Below, piece after piece: positions 16,055 to 29,700 of a DNA stretch of 64,000 nt. Every line of letters begins with the position of its first letter. The stretch's first letter is position 1. Under the pieces are notes generated by a model. That model ran no database searches, was not told where the DNA came from, and was given only the letters and a program-made list of their open reading frames with translations. Both the position numbers and the translations under genes were made by a program. This DNA is from Tubiluchus corallicola (taxonomy: Eukaryota > Animalia > Priapulida): positions 1 through 64,000 of the forward strand of contig JAQGDQ010000417.1 of NCBI GenBank assembly GCA_030141605.1, given 5' to 3'.

Positions 16055-16865
16055 CCACTTGCTTACAATGTGATCTGTAAAAACCAACTGCCCAGGTAAA
16101 ATTTTCCATGAAGTGAAAGGAAGCCAGCAATTCAATGAAGGTAAATGTTATGCATACTAGTTCAAGGTTGAAAGTTTAGACTGTGTACAAAGAAATAAAC
16201 TTATTTTATAGCTGAAATTTCTTGTGTGGGATTTTTAATGTTTTAACAAGGGAATGTAATAATATGACTGTTGATAATAATTAAAAACTAATAATTAATA
16301 AAAATAAGATCAAGAAATCGTGAGCTTCACCACAAGGACATTATTTAAATGAAATGGCGGCTTTGCAATCAAAAATGCAGAATCAGAATGAAACTTTTGC
16401 GCTTTTGAATTGAAGATTTTTAGTTTGAACAAAAGAGGCGCAGAATAGAAAGACCGATAAAGGAAAACATGTTGCTCATTAGATTAATTTGTCCTTATTT
16501 AAAGTTAATCAAATAGTTGTTTTTATCTAACTTGCAAAGCCATAAAGTAAACTAAACTACGTATTTTCTTGATTGCAAAATGGTTTAATCAGCAACTCAT
16601 AGACGTTGTGCATTTCTTCCTATAAACGAAACTAGAGCATATATTTCCACTAATTTACTTGCAATTTCAATTGCAAATAATAAAATATAGAACCAGGCCA
16701 ATATTTCTCCCGCCAACTAATGAAAAGTTTAGCATTTTCCATAACAGTATTAGACGGAGCTGTAGCTAAATGTCCCGAACGTGCCTGCTTTAAGTAAGCT
16801 CCAACTAGCTCATTGTTTTTACATGTGTAGGCAAACCAAATCCAGTTAATGATGTTACTCAGACA

Positions 16866-17268
16866 CACAGGCGTGTCAAGACTTTACGACGCCCTAAGCT
16901 GATAGTAGTTGTGCCGCCCATCTCTATTGTGATGTAACGAGCAGATTAAACAATTACTTGTGGTGTATTAGAAACACTGTTAATCTAGTTTCTACGTGGT
17001 CATTATTAATTACATGTACTTGTATAGCGCTTATATTCAAGCAGGATGCGAAACTGCTTGTTGTGCAACACCTTGCACCTGTTCGTTATGTGGTAATTAT
17101 ATAAAAGCTGCGCTCTGTAACTGCAACTCTGTAAAAGATACGTTATGAAATGCGCCCTTTACATGAATATGACACATCGTCCGATGAAAACAAGAATTTT
17201 GCCTAAAATGTGACGCCCCTCAAACTTTGGCGCCCTAGGCTATAGCCTAGTTAATCTATACGCCCCTG
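16866..17268 (-). mobile_element. hAT-superfamily MITE, family copy 2 (inverted)
   Basis: Right end TACGCCCCTG; perfect 8-bp TSD CTCAGACA; interior is the reverse complement of 10883-11296. Confidence 0.88.
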
Positions 17269-18154
17269 CTCAGACATCATTTCATTTATTTCATCAACGC
17301 TAATTATACCTGCGAAAACCCTTTAACAATATCGCTGCGCTACACGGAAGCTGCAAAACTCCACCCATTGGCTTCACTGTAAGTTCTCAGTGACAATAAA
17401 TCATAAAGCAATAAAACTGAATTGCTACGTCAGCTTGGAATGGCGTTTAAGCGTCAATCGCTTGCAGTTGTTTTCAATTAATATCAATTTTCGCTAAATC
17501 ACCGTAATGCTGCGAACAAGAAAAATGAATAGTGCCAGATATATAGGGGCATAAGTTCATATTGCTTTAAACGGTTAAGGAAACTATAACGGCAACGTGA
17601 TTGAATGAATACCGGATCAGCAAAGTGTGACCCAGCGACCCAGAAAGTATTAAGCTTCAGCCAGCAGCATAGGACCCGGTTCAATTCTACAGATTTTATT
17701 GCTCAGTTATAGCATAAATGTTGGCACAATTAATTACCTGTAAATTAAATGCAAAATTATACGTAACGCTAGCTCACATCTCACACATAAACGGCGAAAT
17801 TGGACAATCGCATCACCTTCACCGCTATCTGAGCGCTTGCTTACTGGCTCATAGCAATGTGAACCGGTTTGACCAGCGTGACAATCATGCTCTTGGTCTG
17901 TCACTGCTGGTTTTATATTAAATCTTGCGCAGTAGCTATAAAACTGAAACGTTGTAAATTCATATGAAGCCATTTGGACGTTCAGCGTTAGTTTCACTTA
18001 ATATCGATTATCAGCAAAGCAATTATTTCTGACAGAGAATTCATAAAACTCTGTGTGTTCAAATTAATTCCTGTCTTGCAAGCTATTCACCATTGGCGTG
18101 TCTCCGTAGTTTCACAACAATAAGCCTTCTGTGAGTTTACTTTGAAATTTCTTT

Positions 18155-18273
18155 TTGGTGATGGTGGTGATGATTGAGGATAATGATGATGCTGATAATG
18201 ACGTTGACGATGATAGTAATGATGATGGTAGCGATAATGACCATGATGACAATACTAATGATGATGATGATGG

Positions 18274-18325
<52 letters not shown>

Positions 18326-18405
18326 GGTGATGATGATGATGAATGTGATGGTGATGGTGATGATGATGGTGATGATGATGATGGTGATGGTGATGATGAT
18401 GATGG

Positions 18406-18455
<50 letters not shown>

Positions 18456-18715
18456 GTGGTAGTGGTGGTGGTGGTTGTGGTGGTGGTGGTGGTGGTGGTG
18501 GTGATGGTGGCGGTGTTGGCAGTAGCAGCGACAGCATCGACAGCAGTGGTGGCGGCGCAGTGGTGTTTGCAGTACTGATGGTGTTGGTGTCGGCATTGGT
18601 GGTGGTCGTGGTAGTGGTGCTGCTGGTGCTGCTGCTGGTGGTGGTGGTGGTGATGACGATGATGATGATGGCAGCGACAGCGGCGGCAGGTGTGAATGTG
18701 GTGATTATGGTATGA
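18155..18715. repeat. Degenerate (GAT)n/(GGT)n microsatellite
   Basis: Directly visible; source of polyD/H/M ORFs. Confidence 0.93.
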
Positions 18716-21421
18716 TTTCACATTACCTTTAACATATCGTGGTGTATTTTACATTGAATCTTATTTGGATGTCACCACATTGTAGCGTAGTCGTGTTCTT
18801 AAGCTCTCCTTGAGAACGCGGGTATGATTCTGATCGATTATTGATCGTGTAATTACATCCCTGCTCGCTCTGTTTGTATATAATATGTAGCAGTGAGGTG
18901 GACATAATCCATCTTGATGCTTAATCGAATAATGACAAGGCAAGAAGTTGACACAATTGAGTTAAACGTCCTCTGTTCGTCGGTCAAAGACAAACAATAG
19001 AGTCACAGTAGATAAAACTTGTAAGTGTAATTTTGACTGTAAACTAGGCAGCTGTGAAACGAGGGTGAGTGAACTTACCAAACTAAGATCATTGTAGATT
19101 AAGGGGTATTGCAAACAGTGCTGGCTCATTGCCAAAATTAGTGGGGGTGCTGCTTCAGAAAATTTTTACCATTGCTTTAATACTGTGTAAAACGAAACGA
19201 ACATTATGTAATTTTAAAGTTGTAATTTTACACAAACAAATATAAGAAAGTTTATGAATAAACTTGATAAAATCCTGATTAAAAATATTGCTTCTTTACT
19301 AATAGACTAAATTATCGCAGTTCAAGCTTGATCCATTCACGACAAGCACGTGACAACTGACAACAAACTGCGTGAGCGACAACACTTTCTCTGTTCGACA
19401 CTGAAGAGAGTAGATTTGCAAAACAACTTTAAAAAATGAAGCCATGTCACCAGTACATGACTTTCTCATTAACCATTAATCCATAAGCAGCCCTTTTCTC
19501 AGGTGTATCAACTTGTGAAGCAAAGTTTTTATACTCTTGCACTTTTGCAAACAACGATTCACTATGAGACGCTAGTTCTAAATTACATGTTGGGACTGGA
19601 GCCTGCTAGGATAATTGTCTAAGCATAACACACTCAGAATAATAAGATAAAAGAAACATGTCTTTTTGTTGTTGTTCTTGTTGTTGTTGTCGTCGTCATC
19701 ATCATCATTGTCATTATCGTCATCATTATCATCATCATAGTTGTGGTAGGGTCAGCTGATGATTATGGTCATTGGTGTTGCTATTACCGTTGTCACTGCA
19801 GTAGCTCAGCTGTAGCTGCTGCTGTTGAAGCCCATCACATCAGCAAGAGTTTCGGTTGTAGTATGGCACAGTGTGGATGATCGTGCATTATTAGGGTGGT
19901 GGCAGGGTGGTGTAGTATGGGTGCTCAATGGCCATGCATGATGCATACGATGCACTCTTTTGTGTTCTGGAATGTTACAGCTAAATGCACTTGAGAAGTA
20001 TGTGGTATCAATGGTAGTGTTTGCACTGATTATCTCAACTTGTTGCTGTTTATGCTTTGCTGGTCTGTTGTCGTTCTCATTGTTGTGTCACTCTCATTTC
20101 AGCTGTCGTTGTTACCCTCAGAATTAGTGTCACTGTTGTTGTTATTTCTGATCGAGGCGCTATTACACGTTCGCACCTCCTAGTTTTTTCTAGGTTATTA
20201 CTCGTTTCTAGGCTCATAGGTCGTTATTCTATTATTCACACGTCATCAGTGAATGTTTCCGCTAATCTCGACATTAACGTAAAGTAGTCGCGGGGAAACA
20301 GACTGCAAAATTGGGATGACTCATTCAGTTAACTTGCTTAGAAGATTTCTTGTGTTGCCCGGATGGGTTGGACCGTTTCATTGCAAATTTGGCCAAGTTT
20401 TGTTTTTATGGGCTTTCTGAGCAGTATAGGTAATGATTAAATAATCTCAACAAGTTAATAGTGCAAACGGTTCAATAATTTTACTTAGAAACGATCCCGC
20501 CCATGTAAACCTTTCTTTTTCAGTTCCTTTTCCTGTTAACTAGAGTAGGTCGAGCCAGCGTACTACTGCTAGTATTCCTGGTATTGTCTGCACTCTACAG
20601 TATACGTATTCCTACTTCAGTGTTTATAATACTTCACTTGTGCTTTTGTAGTGTGTGTGATGGCTTACTTATATGACCGCATTGGATATTCTGATTGAAG
20701 CAACTTCTCCCTATATAATTATTTTGCTGATTTTTTTACATGTTTGTGTCTGTCTATATTAATATTGTTATTGTAATTTAAAATGTTTTTTGTCTTTATT
20801 ATTTTTGCATCATTCATCTTACTTATTATGTACCATTATTATTGTGTTATTTTACGTTTATATTTTTGAGACAAATCAAAAGAATTCTAATTAAAAAAAT
20901 TATTTTAATACTCACACCACTAACTTACACTTTAGTCACATAGTATTATGAGTGAGGGGTGAATGCTCGGTGACCGTAGTGACCAATTTTCTCCACCCTG
21001 TCTTTCTCGTTAACTACTACTTTGCCACTAACAGTTTGCTGTATATTGTTTTTGTATGAGAGAAATAAAAAATTCAATTCAATTTTGCCTTACTTTATAC
21101 TTTATCATAATTATGACTGTACGTGGAATATTGTTTAATAATTGCATGAGGGGTGGAAAAAATGTTATGTGGGGAGCTTGCGCTTACCAGACATTCCCGT
21201 GTACTGCCTCCCAGTGCATTGTGCTGCAGTAGGGTGAGAATGTTGAGCAAACGTGAGTGTCCATGCAGTACATGACATTCAACAAATTTTTTGATAATAT
21301 TTAAAAGTGTGACGTGGGTGTTGTGTTTTATTTTGCCAAGAATGGAGTTAGAAAGTAGGTTGTAGGTTTGTAGCATAAGACCAGCACATTTGCCTTTTTC
21401 TCAGAAGCAGCCATTATTGCA

Positions 21422-22098
21422 CAGTAAGTCCTCGCTTAATGGTGCCCCGTTTAGCGACGTTTCGTTTTAACAACGCTGAATGCTTGACACCTTTTTCTCA
21501 CTTAATGACGCGTTAAAGACATTTTCGTTTTAACCACGATCTTTTACTTTGCTCACAGAGGTTTTTTATTTTATCAACAACTTTTTTTTTACCTAATTTG
21601 AAGCATTAAAATGGCACATTGTTCTGTTCTAAAAATGCATTAGTAATAACCTAAATAGTGCAATTGTTATAACGTTTTTGCTTACTGACTGACCACCTAC
21701 TAAATTCTAGTTGTTTGTATCAAGCGATGCCCGAGTTTAAACTTTTTGTGTGTAACCTGTTGCTATAGCAACCAAATTAGTACTATATGAAATTGTCTCA
21801 AAGTCGCTTAATGCAGAGCTTTGCTTTCACTGTTTAACAAGCAGTGTTTAAACTGGAGGAGAAGTCGCTAGCAAGTCTAGCTAGATACTGGTAAGAAAGA
21901 TTGGTGATTTGAAGCAAATAGGAAGAAATTAATCAGTAGAAATATGAATAAAACTCATAAAATGTTTAATTTATGTTTAAAACTGCATTGATTTTAAATT
22001 GATTCTCAATTCGGTTACATTACTTCCTATAGAAGTTTTGGTTTCATTTAACGACATTTTGCTGGAACACATTAGCATCGTTAAGCAAGGAGTTATTG
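21422..22098. mobile_element. Old Tc1/mariner (Tigger/pogo-like) non-autonomous element
   Basis: Imperfect TIRs CAGTAAGTCCTCGCTTAA / TTAAGCAAGGAGTTATTG; TA TSD decayed. Confidence 0.6.
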
Positions 22099-23419
22099 TG
22101 CATCTAAGTAGGAATTGTTGAACGGATGCATTGGAAAAACTAATCAGTGTAAGCATCCACGGTAATACCTTTTTTCGTGTTGGTCATTCTTTAAAAATTT
22201 CGTTTGACGTAGATCATTTTGAGATATGTCTAATATTGGCACTTCTTCCCATTATAAGGCTTCTTATACATTTATTTAGGTGAAAAATTTAAAACTTTGG
22301 AATTAGCATTTTTCAATTTGAATGATGAAAAACTCTGCCAGGAAGTAAGTTTGTGACACTATTCTGTCTTTTTTCTTCGGGGTTCAACTCCTAAATGTTC
22401 ATTCACAAGCATGACTCTTAAAGGAAAAACCAATCCTTGAACGACATTCATTGTATTTTAATATACACTTAAAAATATTAAATTATTACTTAACATACAT
22501 GCATTGAATGCCTTACTTAATGTAAACGAAATTTAAACATTTCTCATCGTGGGCAGTTTAATCAGGTTATAGACTTCAGTTTTAGCTTGTTAAGAATTTG
22601 AAATAATTATTCTGTTACTGTATTATCTCCTGCCAAACAAACTTCGCTGCTGGCGTATTTAAAAATGTGATTATATCTCAAAAAGTGGCACTCCGCAATG
22701 TAATTAGAGAGAAGATGGGATTCGATGAGGCTGCAAGCATACAGAAGGTGCTGGGCAGTTTACTTAGCTTATAGAGGTCAGTTTGAACTTGTTAAATAAT
22801 TATTCTCTTACTCTGTTGGTGTTAACTAGAAGAGTTGGAGATTATTGTATTGTTGTCGATAAGCTGTTTTCGTTACTTAGTGGGATTCGTCAAAAAGCAG
22901 AAATGGTATGGATAATCTCTTGACTAACGTTTTGGATTGTTTACAGTTCGTAGTTTACAGTAGTAATTGTAGCTACCAAAGAAGTTTGCTAAAGCACCTG
23001 GTGTAGGGTTACCATATTGTCTGAGTTGAAAAAGAACACGGGTACTTGGCCTTCATTTCATCTGTAAATGCACACTGTCATTTCGGCATTGCTACTTTCT
23101 ACTCTATAGAGTTACGCTCAAAACTGCAAAACAGCGAAACTATACAAATTTAAAGAAATTAATTTAAAAGCAAACAAAATGGCTCCCGGAAGCTGACTTC
23201 ATTTTAAGTCGTTAGCGAATACACCGAGTATCGACAGCTGTGTGAGTCGTGTGACCCATAGTAATTTGCGCATCGCTTACTTTTCTTCAGTAAATATGTA
23301 CACAAAGCTTTTACAAGAGTTGCATTTTGAGACGTTAGCAACATCTTGTATTGAAAATTAACAAGCTTTTCTTTATCTCCTCGTACTGTCGTACACCTCT
23401 GCAGTTGACACCATTGAGT

Positions 23420-23430
23420 GCCGCCATTTT
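23420..23430 (+). promoter_or_regulatory. YY1-type motif in the probable ARPC3 promoter/5' UTR
   Basis: GCCGCCATTTT about 320 bp upstream of the ARPC3 ATG; motif match only. Confidence 0.4.
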
Positions 23431-23741
23431 TCATTCAAAATGAGTGCGCACAAGCTTGAAGTGATCACGTCTTTGAGTTGATTTTACTAATTAGACAAGG
23501 CGCTTATCATAATGTTATTGCTGAAAATTTATGACGTTTCTTTCTCAAATATTAAAATATGCTCAACTTCCCGAGAGACTTTGCTCTTGCTTTGAATAAC
23601 GTGGAAAACTTAAACTTACTTATCTGTCGTCTTTTGAAATTTTTCAGTAATATTGATGAGAGCTTGAGAAGTTAACTTCGTTACCATAAGAAAACTCCGC
23701 CAACTTTAGTCGATGCTAGATTGATAATCTCTGGATTAAAA

Positions 23742-26700
23742 ATGCCGGTAAGCTAAGTAATTTTAATTAATGACATGTCCAGCAGATGTGATTAATGAGT
23801 TGTGGCTTGATTAAGGATTGCTGTGAAACTTTCACTGTCCTCTCAAGGTCAGCATAAATTAACCGTCAAGTGTGCGTGCATGTGCGTGCAGAGTGCACGT
23901 GCTAACAATTTTAACATGTGTTTTTTGTGCGGCTTTTTTATGAAATTTAATTAGCTAAATTAGTTAATTAATTAACCATTGCTGGTAAACTCTCTCTCTC
24001 CCTAGAGTGGATAATTATTTTTGCGTACGTTTGGTGCTTTGTAAAATTTGTCTGTCTGCAGTTTGTTTGTTTGTTTGTTTGTCTGTTAGGCAGCAGATGT
24101 GATTAATGAGTTGTGGCTTGATTAAGGATAGCTGCGAAGCTTTTGCTGTCCTCTCAAGGTCAGCATCAATTAACCGTCAAGTGTGCGTGCTAACAATTTT
24201 AACATTTGTTTTTTGTGCGGCTTTTTCATGAATTTTAATTAGTTAATTAATTAACCCTTGCTGGTAAACTCTCTCTCTCCCTAGAGTGAGTAATTATTTT
24301 TGCATATGTTTGGTGCTTTGTAAAATTTGTCAATCCGCAGTTTGTTTGTTTGTATGTCTGTTACGCAACGGAGCCGACAATACAATGAATATGGTGGTAT
24401 TTATTCATGAGATGTTTTGAATCAGTCTAGAATTCATTGATTCTTATTGACTGGCAGTAGGTTCTAGAATACTCCAATACTTCTCACCAATTAACGCTAG
24501 CATCTTTGTTATACATTTGACTTTTTTTACTGTTTATCGTTTTGAATATGTTTTCCATCAAGAAAGAGCTTGTTTCAATGTTTAATTGACATTTTGATTT
24601 TTGCTCAAGTGAAGAAGAGTGCAAGAAAAAAGTTGTCCTTAGAGTAAAAATCAAACTGGAACCTGAATATTTCTGCTGCCTTAGTTATCTGGGTTTTTTA
24701 ATCTGCTGACAATGAAGTTTAGTAGTTTTCACTTGTATACCAATTTCTGTTCACTGTTGTTTCGTATAAAGGTATCAGTGTTCCTCTTAACTCTTTTAGG
24801 ATCGTAAGTGTTTGCTGCATTTTGCATAGGTTCATAAAAACGTGTGTCGTATTTAATAATTTTTGTAGGTTTCGATTCGTCACACAATGGATTTTCATGC
24901 AAAATTATACGCGAAATACGTTTGCTTATCTTAGACAAATCAAAAATCGATTCTTAACCAAAAAATTAAAAAAACTTTTCATAACTGCAGTGTTTCACTG
25001 TAGCAATGTACAGTATCACTTGTGTGAAATCGGCTAATGCAGAAAATTATCCAGACACATCCACTCTGATGCACTTTAGCTTCAATCTACTCTATTTTTA
25101 AGGAGAAATTCCTATTAAAAAATAAAACGACCTTAATTTATTCTTGGCTGATCGGTTGGCTTTTCCTGCAACTCTGTACAACAGAAAGTTCTCTTGGGCT
25201 GTAGCAAGCAGGCAATCAATAAAATAGTGTGTACAATCACGCAAGTGTACACCAGACTAAGCTACTCAATAGGCTAAGCTAGAGTGCCTGAAGAGGGTGT
25301 GTTTTTCTTAACCTTATCCAATTAAATCACTTATAAATGTTTAAACAAATTGTGTGATTGGATAGCCAGTATTCTCTTGTATGGAACAGTGTCTAATTCA
25401 TAATCATTTAGTTATGTCTGTGCTCATACAGTAGCAGAAAAATCATAGGTCTTATAAGAGCTATTTTGAATGGTGCGGTCCTGAACGAGTTAAACATAAG
25501 TTTTAATTTTAGCTCTTGTTTTCCAGGCCTACCATTCCTCACTGCAGTCACCACAAAAGATAGGCAATATTGCCTTGCTGCCTCTCAAAACGACTTTCAA
25601 AGGTCCGGCGCCCAAAGAAGGTATTCATACATTATATTCAACGAGTATCGTTTAAAAGTAATTTCATATTGTAGCTTATATGTTATTAGAATGTCTTTCT
25701 ATATCATTTTCTTTATACAGTCAACCACGGGTATAAGGTACTCGCTTATAAGGGACCACCAACACCGGTCCTGATTTTTCGTAACGTTTTCATGTATTAA
25801 CGGCAAAAATTTTATCAATAACTTTTAATCCGAGTTGGCAAACTGCATGAGAAACTAGCGGTCTGTTTCTGCGTCTATCTCAGGCAGGTTGCATCAAATT
25901 AGTTTAGCATTTTACACATAGCAGTGAGAATTTATTACACATTGTTCTTTGCTTTTGATACGTCTTCTCTACTAGCAGTGAACCCTTTTTTTGTTTCTTA
26001 GTCGGAGACCAGGATGTTATAGATGAAGCCTTGTATTTTTTCAAAGCCAATGTGTTCTTCCGTAATTACGAAATCAAAGGCGAAGCAGACCGGACGCTGA
26101 TTTACATCACTTTGTATATCACTGAATGCTTGAAGAAACTGCAAAAGGTGGGTTTTAGTTATACTAAAACTAGCTGTCAGTTTTTTTAATGCTCACTCTG
26201 CGTTGCACCGTGACACCAAGACTGTCTAAAACATCGAGTGAATATTAGCGAGGTATGACCGTATAAGGCGAGAAAAACGAAGAAAAAACGAAATATGGAA
26301 AGATTCCGTCTATTTGCGCTAAAGCACTGCCTTTCAGTAAGTGTATAATACATATATATTTTGCTCTCGATTAATTGAATTACTGTTGAATCGTCGATTA
26401 CATTGATTTATACATGGTTGTGTGTGTGCTTAATTTGATTTCTCACCCATCACTAAGAGCAACCCAACAACTGAGAATTTGGTTTCATTTCTGATTGGAT
26501 CTTGTGTCACGTACGCCTACTTAGAAATGGTGTGGCTTCCTCTTCAGTTTGGATTGTGCTATAGGAATTCACTGCCACCAAAACAAAATGTTGTTGCTGA
26601 CTGAGCTGAAACTGAAACTCAAAAGTGATGTAAGTGGATTTATTTTAATACATGTTTATTTATTACATTTCAGTGTGCTTCCAAGAACACCGGATTGAAA

Positions 26701-29700
26701 GAGATGTACTCTTTAGCGTTGCAGCGGTTTGAATTACCGGGAGAAGCTGGCTTCCCTCTTAATGCCATGTACGCGAAGCCAAATAACCGCGATGAGGAAG
26801 GTACGTTTTGGAAGAGGGATTCGTTTACCCAAAGGGTTTTTGACCACTTTTTGTTGTGAAATGATGTGACTTGCCGAACCGTAAAAAGTGTTAATAATAA
26901 AGAGCCAGAGTTTTACAATCAGTGGCGGCCCGTAGTTAAAATTAGTGGGGGTGCTGCTTCAGACAGTCTTTGGCCAGTTTTAATACTGTGTAAAACGAAA
27001 TAAACATTCGTAATTTTAATGTTGTAATTTTTAATTGTAATTCTAAACAAACAAACATACGAAAATTTATTCACAATCTTGATAAAATCCTAAATAAAAA
27101 AGTTATCCAAATCTGAGTCAAAATCTAATTCTAAAATTTAACACATTCAAGAAAATGTCGATACATTGTTTTTAAGCATGTGATAACTGACAACACGCAC
27201 TGTGTGAGCAACAGTACTCTCTCTCTCTCTACCTAAAGTGCAGCGTCTTATCTCAGATATGTGCGCGTGGCCGCATGCTCACAACAGCCAAACACCCCGT
27301 TGCTGGAGTTACTAGTGCACATTACTGGACCTGTGAACCGCACATGTGTGCGTGACCGCAAGCCCACAACAGCCAATCGCCACGTTGCTGGAGTTACTAG
27401 TGCACATTACTGGACATGTGAACCGCACATGTGCGCGTGGCCGCATGCTCACAACAGCCAAACACCACGTTGCTGGAGTTACTAGTGCACATTACTGGAC
27501 ATGTGAACCGCACATATGCGCGTGGCCGCATGCTCACAACAGCCAAACACCACGTTGCTGGAGTTACTAGTGCACATTACTGGACATGTGAACCGCACAT
27601 ATGCACGTGGCCGCATGCTCACAACAGCCAAACACCACGTTGCTGGAGTTACTAGTGCACATTATTGGACATGTGAACCGCACATGTCTGCGTGGCCGCA
27701 TGCTCACAACAGCCAAACACCACGTTGCTGGAGTTACTAGTGCACATTACTGGACCTGTGAACCGCACATGTGTGCGTGACCGCATGCCCACAACAGCCA
27801 AACACCACGTTGCTGGAGTTACTAGCGCACATTACTGGACCTGTGAACCGCACATGTGTGCGTGACCGCATGTCCACAACAGCCAATCGCCACCCACGTT
27901 GCTGGAGTTACTAGCGCACATTACTGGACATGTAAACCGCACAGTTCCGTCACGTGCTCTGGTTCCGTACAAGTATAAAAAAAGATTTAAAGAAAAAAGA
28001 CTTCGAAAATAATCAATAATGTCGAGTGAAAATAGGGGGCGCTGCAGTTCCATTGTTTACAATGAAAAATAAAAGATGTTACTTCAAATAAAACGTGCCT
28101 GGAATTTATTGGAATAAACTACAGTAAGAATAGATCCATTAGATTTAGTGAAGCTTTGGAGCTGCGCAGCGATTGAAAGTTACTGGTTCAAATCTCCTAG
28201 TAGCACTTGCTTGATGTTGTAATTTAACATAATGTCATTTTAAAGGGTTGATTGTGTGGCTGTATTTACAAATGACATTACGATCAGGCAAAATTGATGC
28301 ATAGTAAGATAAACACGGAATCTCTCGTAACTTGCCGGTAGATCACTGTTACGATGGTGTTAAACTTACTGAATTCCTTGACGATCGATGGGCCTCTCAG
28401 TGCTAACTTCTTGAGAAGCGTAACACACAAGTGGGTCTGAATTCCTTGACGATCGATGGGCCGCTCAGTGCTAACTTCTTGAGAAGCGTAACACACAAGT
28501 GGGTCTGAATTCCTTGACGATCGATGGGCCGCTCAGTGCTAACTTCTTGAGAAGCGTAACACACACGTGGGTCTGAATTCCTTGACGATCGATGGGCCGC
28601 TCAGTGCTAACTTCTTGAGAAGCGTAACACACAAGTGGGTCTGAATTCCTTGACGATCGATGGGCCGCTCAGTGCTAACTTCTTGAGAAGCGTAACACAC
28701 AAGTGGGTCTGAATTCCTTGACGATCGATGGGCCTCTCAGTGCTAACTTCTTGAGAAGCGTAACACACAAGTGGGTCTTCAACAATGATCATCACAGTTA
28801 TCTCATAAAACTCGTCTTTAACCGTACTTCCTAATGTGTGCAAAATTACATTACATTACCACACAAGTTGATTTCTTATTAAAACGTGCAGTAACGGCTA
28901 AAATTAGTGGTGCTGCTGCTTCAAAAAATTTTGCCATTCTTCGTATACAGTGTAAAACGAAACAAACATATAAAAGTTTATACGTAAACTTGATCAAATC
29001 CTAAACAAAAATATATTTTTGCTTACTAATAGCCTAAATTGTCACAGTTCAAGCTTGATCCATTCACGGTAAGCATGTGAAAAGTGACAGTAAACTGTGT
29101 GAGTGACAGTACTTTCTCTACCTGGGCTCAGACATGTGCGCATGGCCGCATGTGAGCAACACAATGTTGCTGGACTGTTGTTGTTTTCATTTAGAATATT
29201 TAGTCTTTTGATATAATTGTTTGATTCCAGAAACTATGAGAGCGTACATACTGCAGTTGAGGCAAGAAACCGGAGTGCGCGTTTGCGAGAAAGTCTTTGA
29301 TCCGGAAACGGATAAACCAAGCAAGGTATGTCAGCCATCTAGTGAAGACGCGTTTACTTAATATCACCTTGACATTTTAAACAGGCTGTGGAGTCCGGTA
29401 CATTAAACACCGGCTCAGAGTCCAACTCCTAGAATTTTAGAAGAATCAACTCCGACTCCTAAAATTTTAGATCCAACTCCCGACTCCTCCGTTTAAGTGC
29501 TAATTTGTAGTATTTAGTTACTGTGGCATTTCATCACTACTTCTTATGCTCAAAAAACAGTCTAGCTGCGTAGACACCAAGACGAAAGTGTCCCCAAATG
29601 GAACGTTATGCATAATGCGTTAAAACTTTAAAGTAACCGGAGTTTGAGTTTGTCTATTTTTTTACCGACTCCTCTAACAAGTGTATCCCGAGTCGCTACT

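Noticed and set aside
15824-16141. Exon-like segments with good donors (CAG|GTGAGT at 15961, AAG|GTAAAT at 16141)
   Set aside because: Joined frames contain stops and match nothing I recognise; could be non-coding but unsupported
18112-18721. PolyD/H/S/M ORFs resembling biomineral or His-rich proteins
   Set aside because: Open in most frames purely from GAT/GGT repeats; no signal peptide or gene structure
21095-22420. Faint Penelope-like retroelement remnants
   Set aside because: Too degenerate to support without a profile search
28155-28210. tRNA/SINE B-box-like GGTTCAAATC
   Set aside because: No cloverleaf or clear A-box; I found no tRNA, rRNA or snoRNA that I can support in the window
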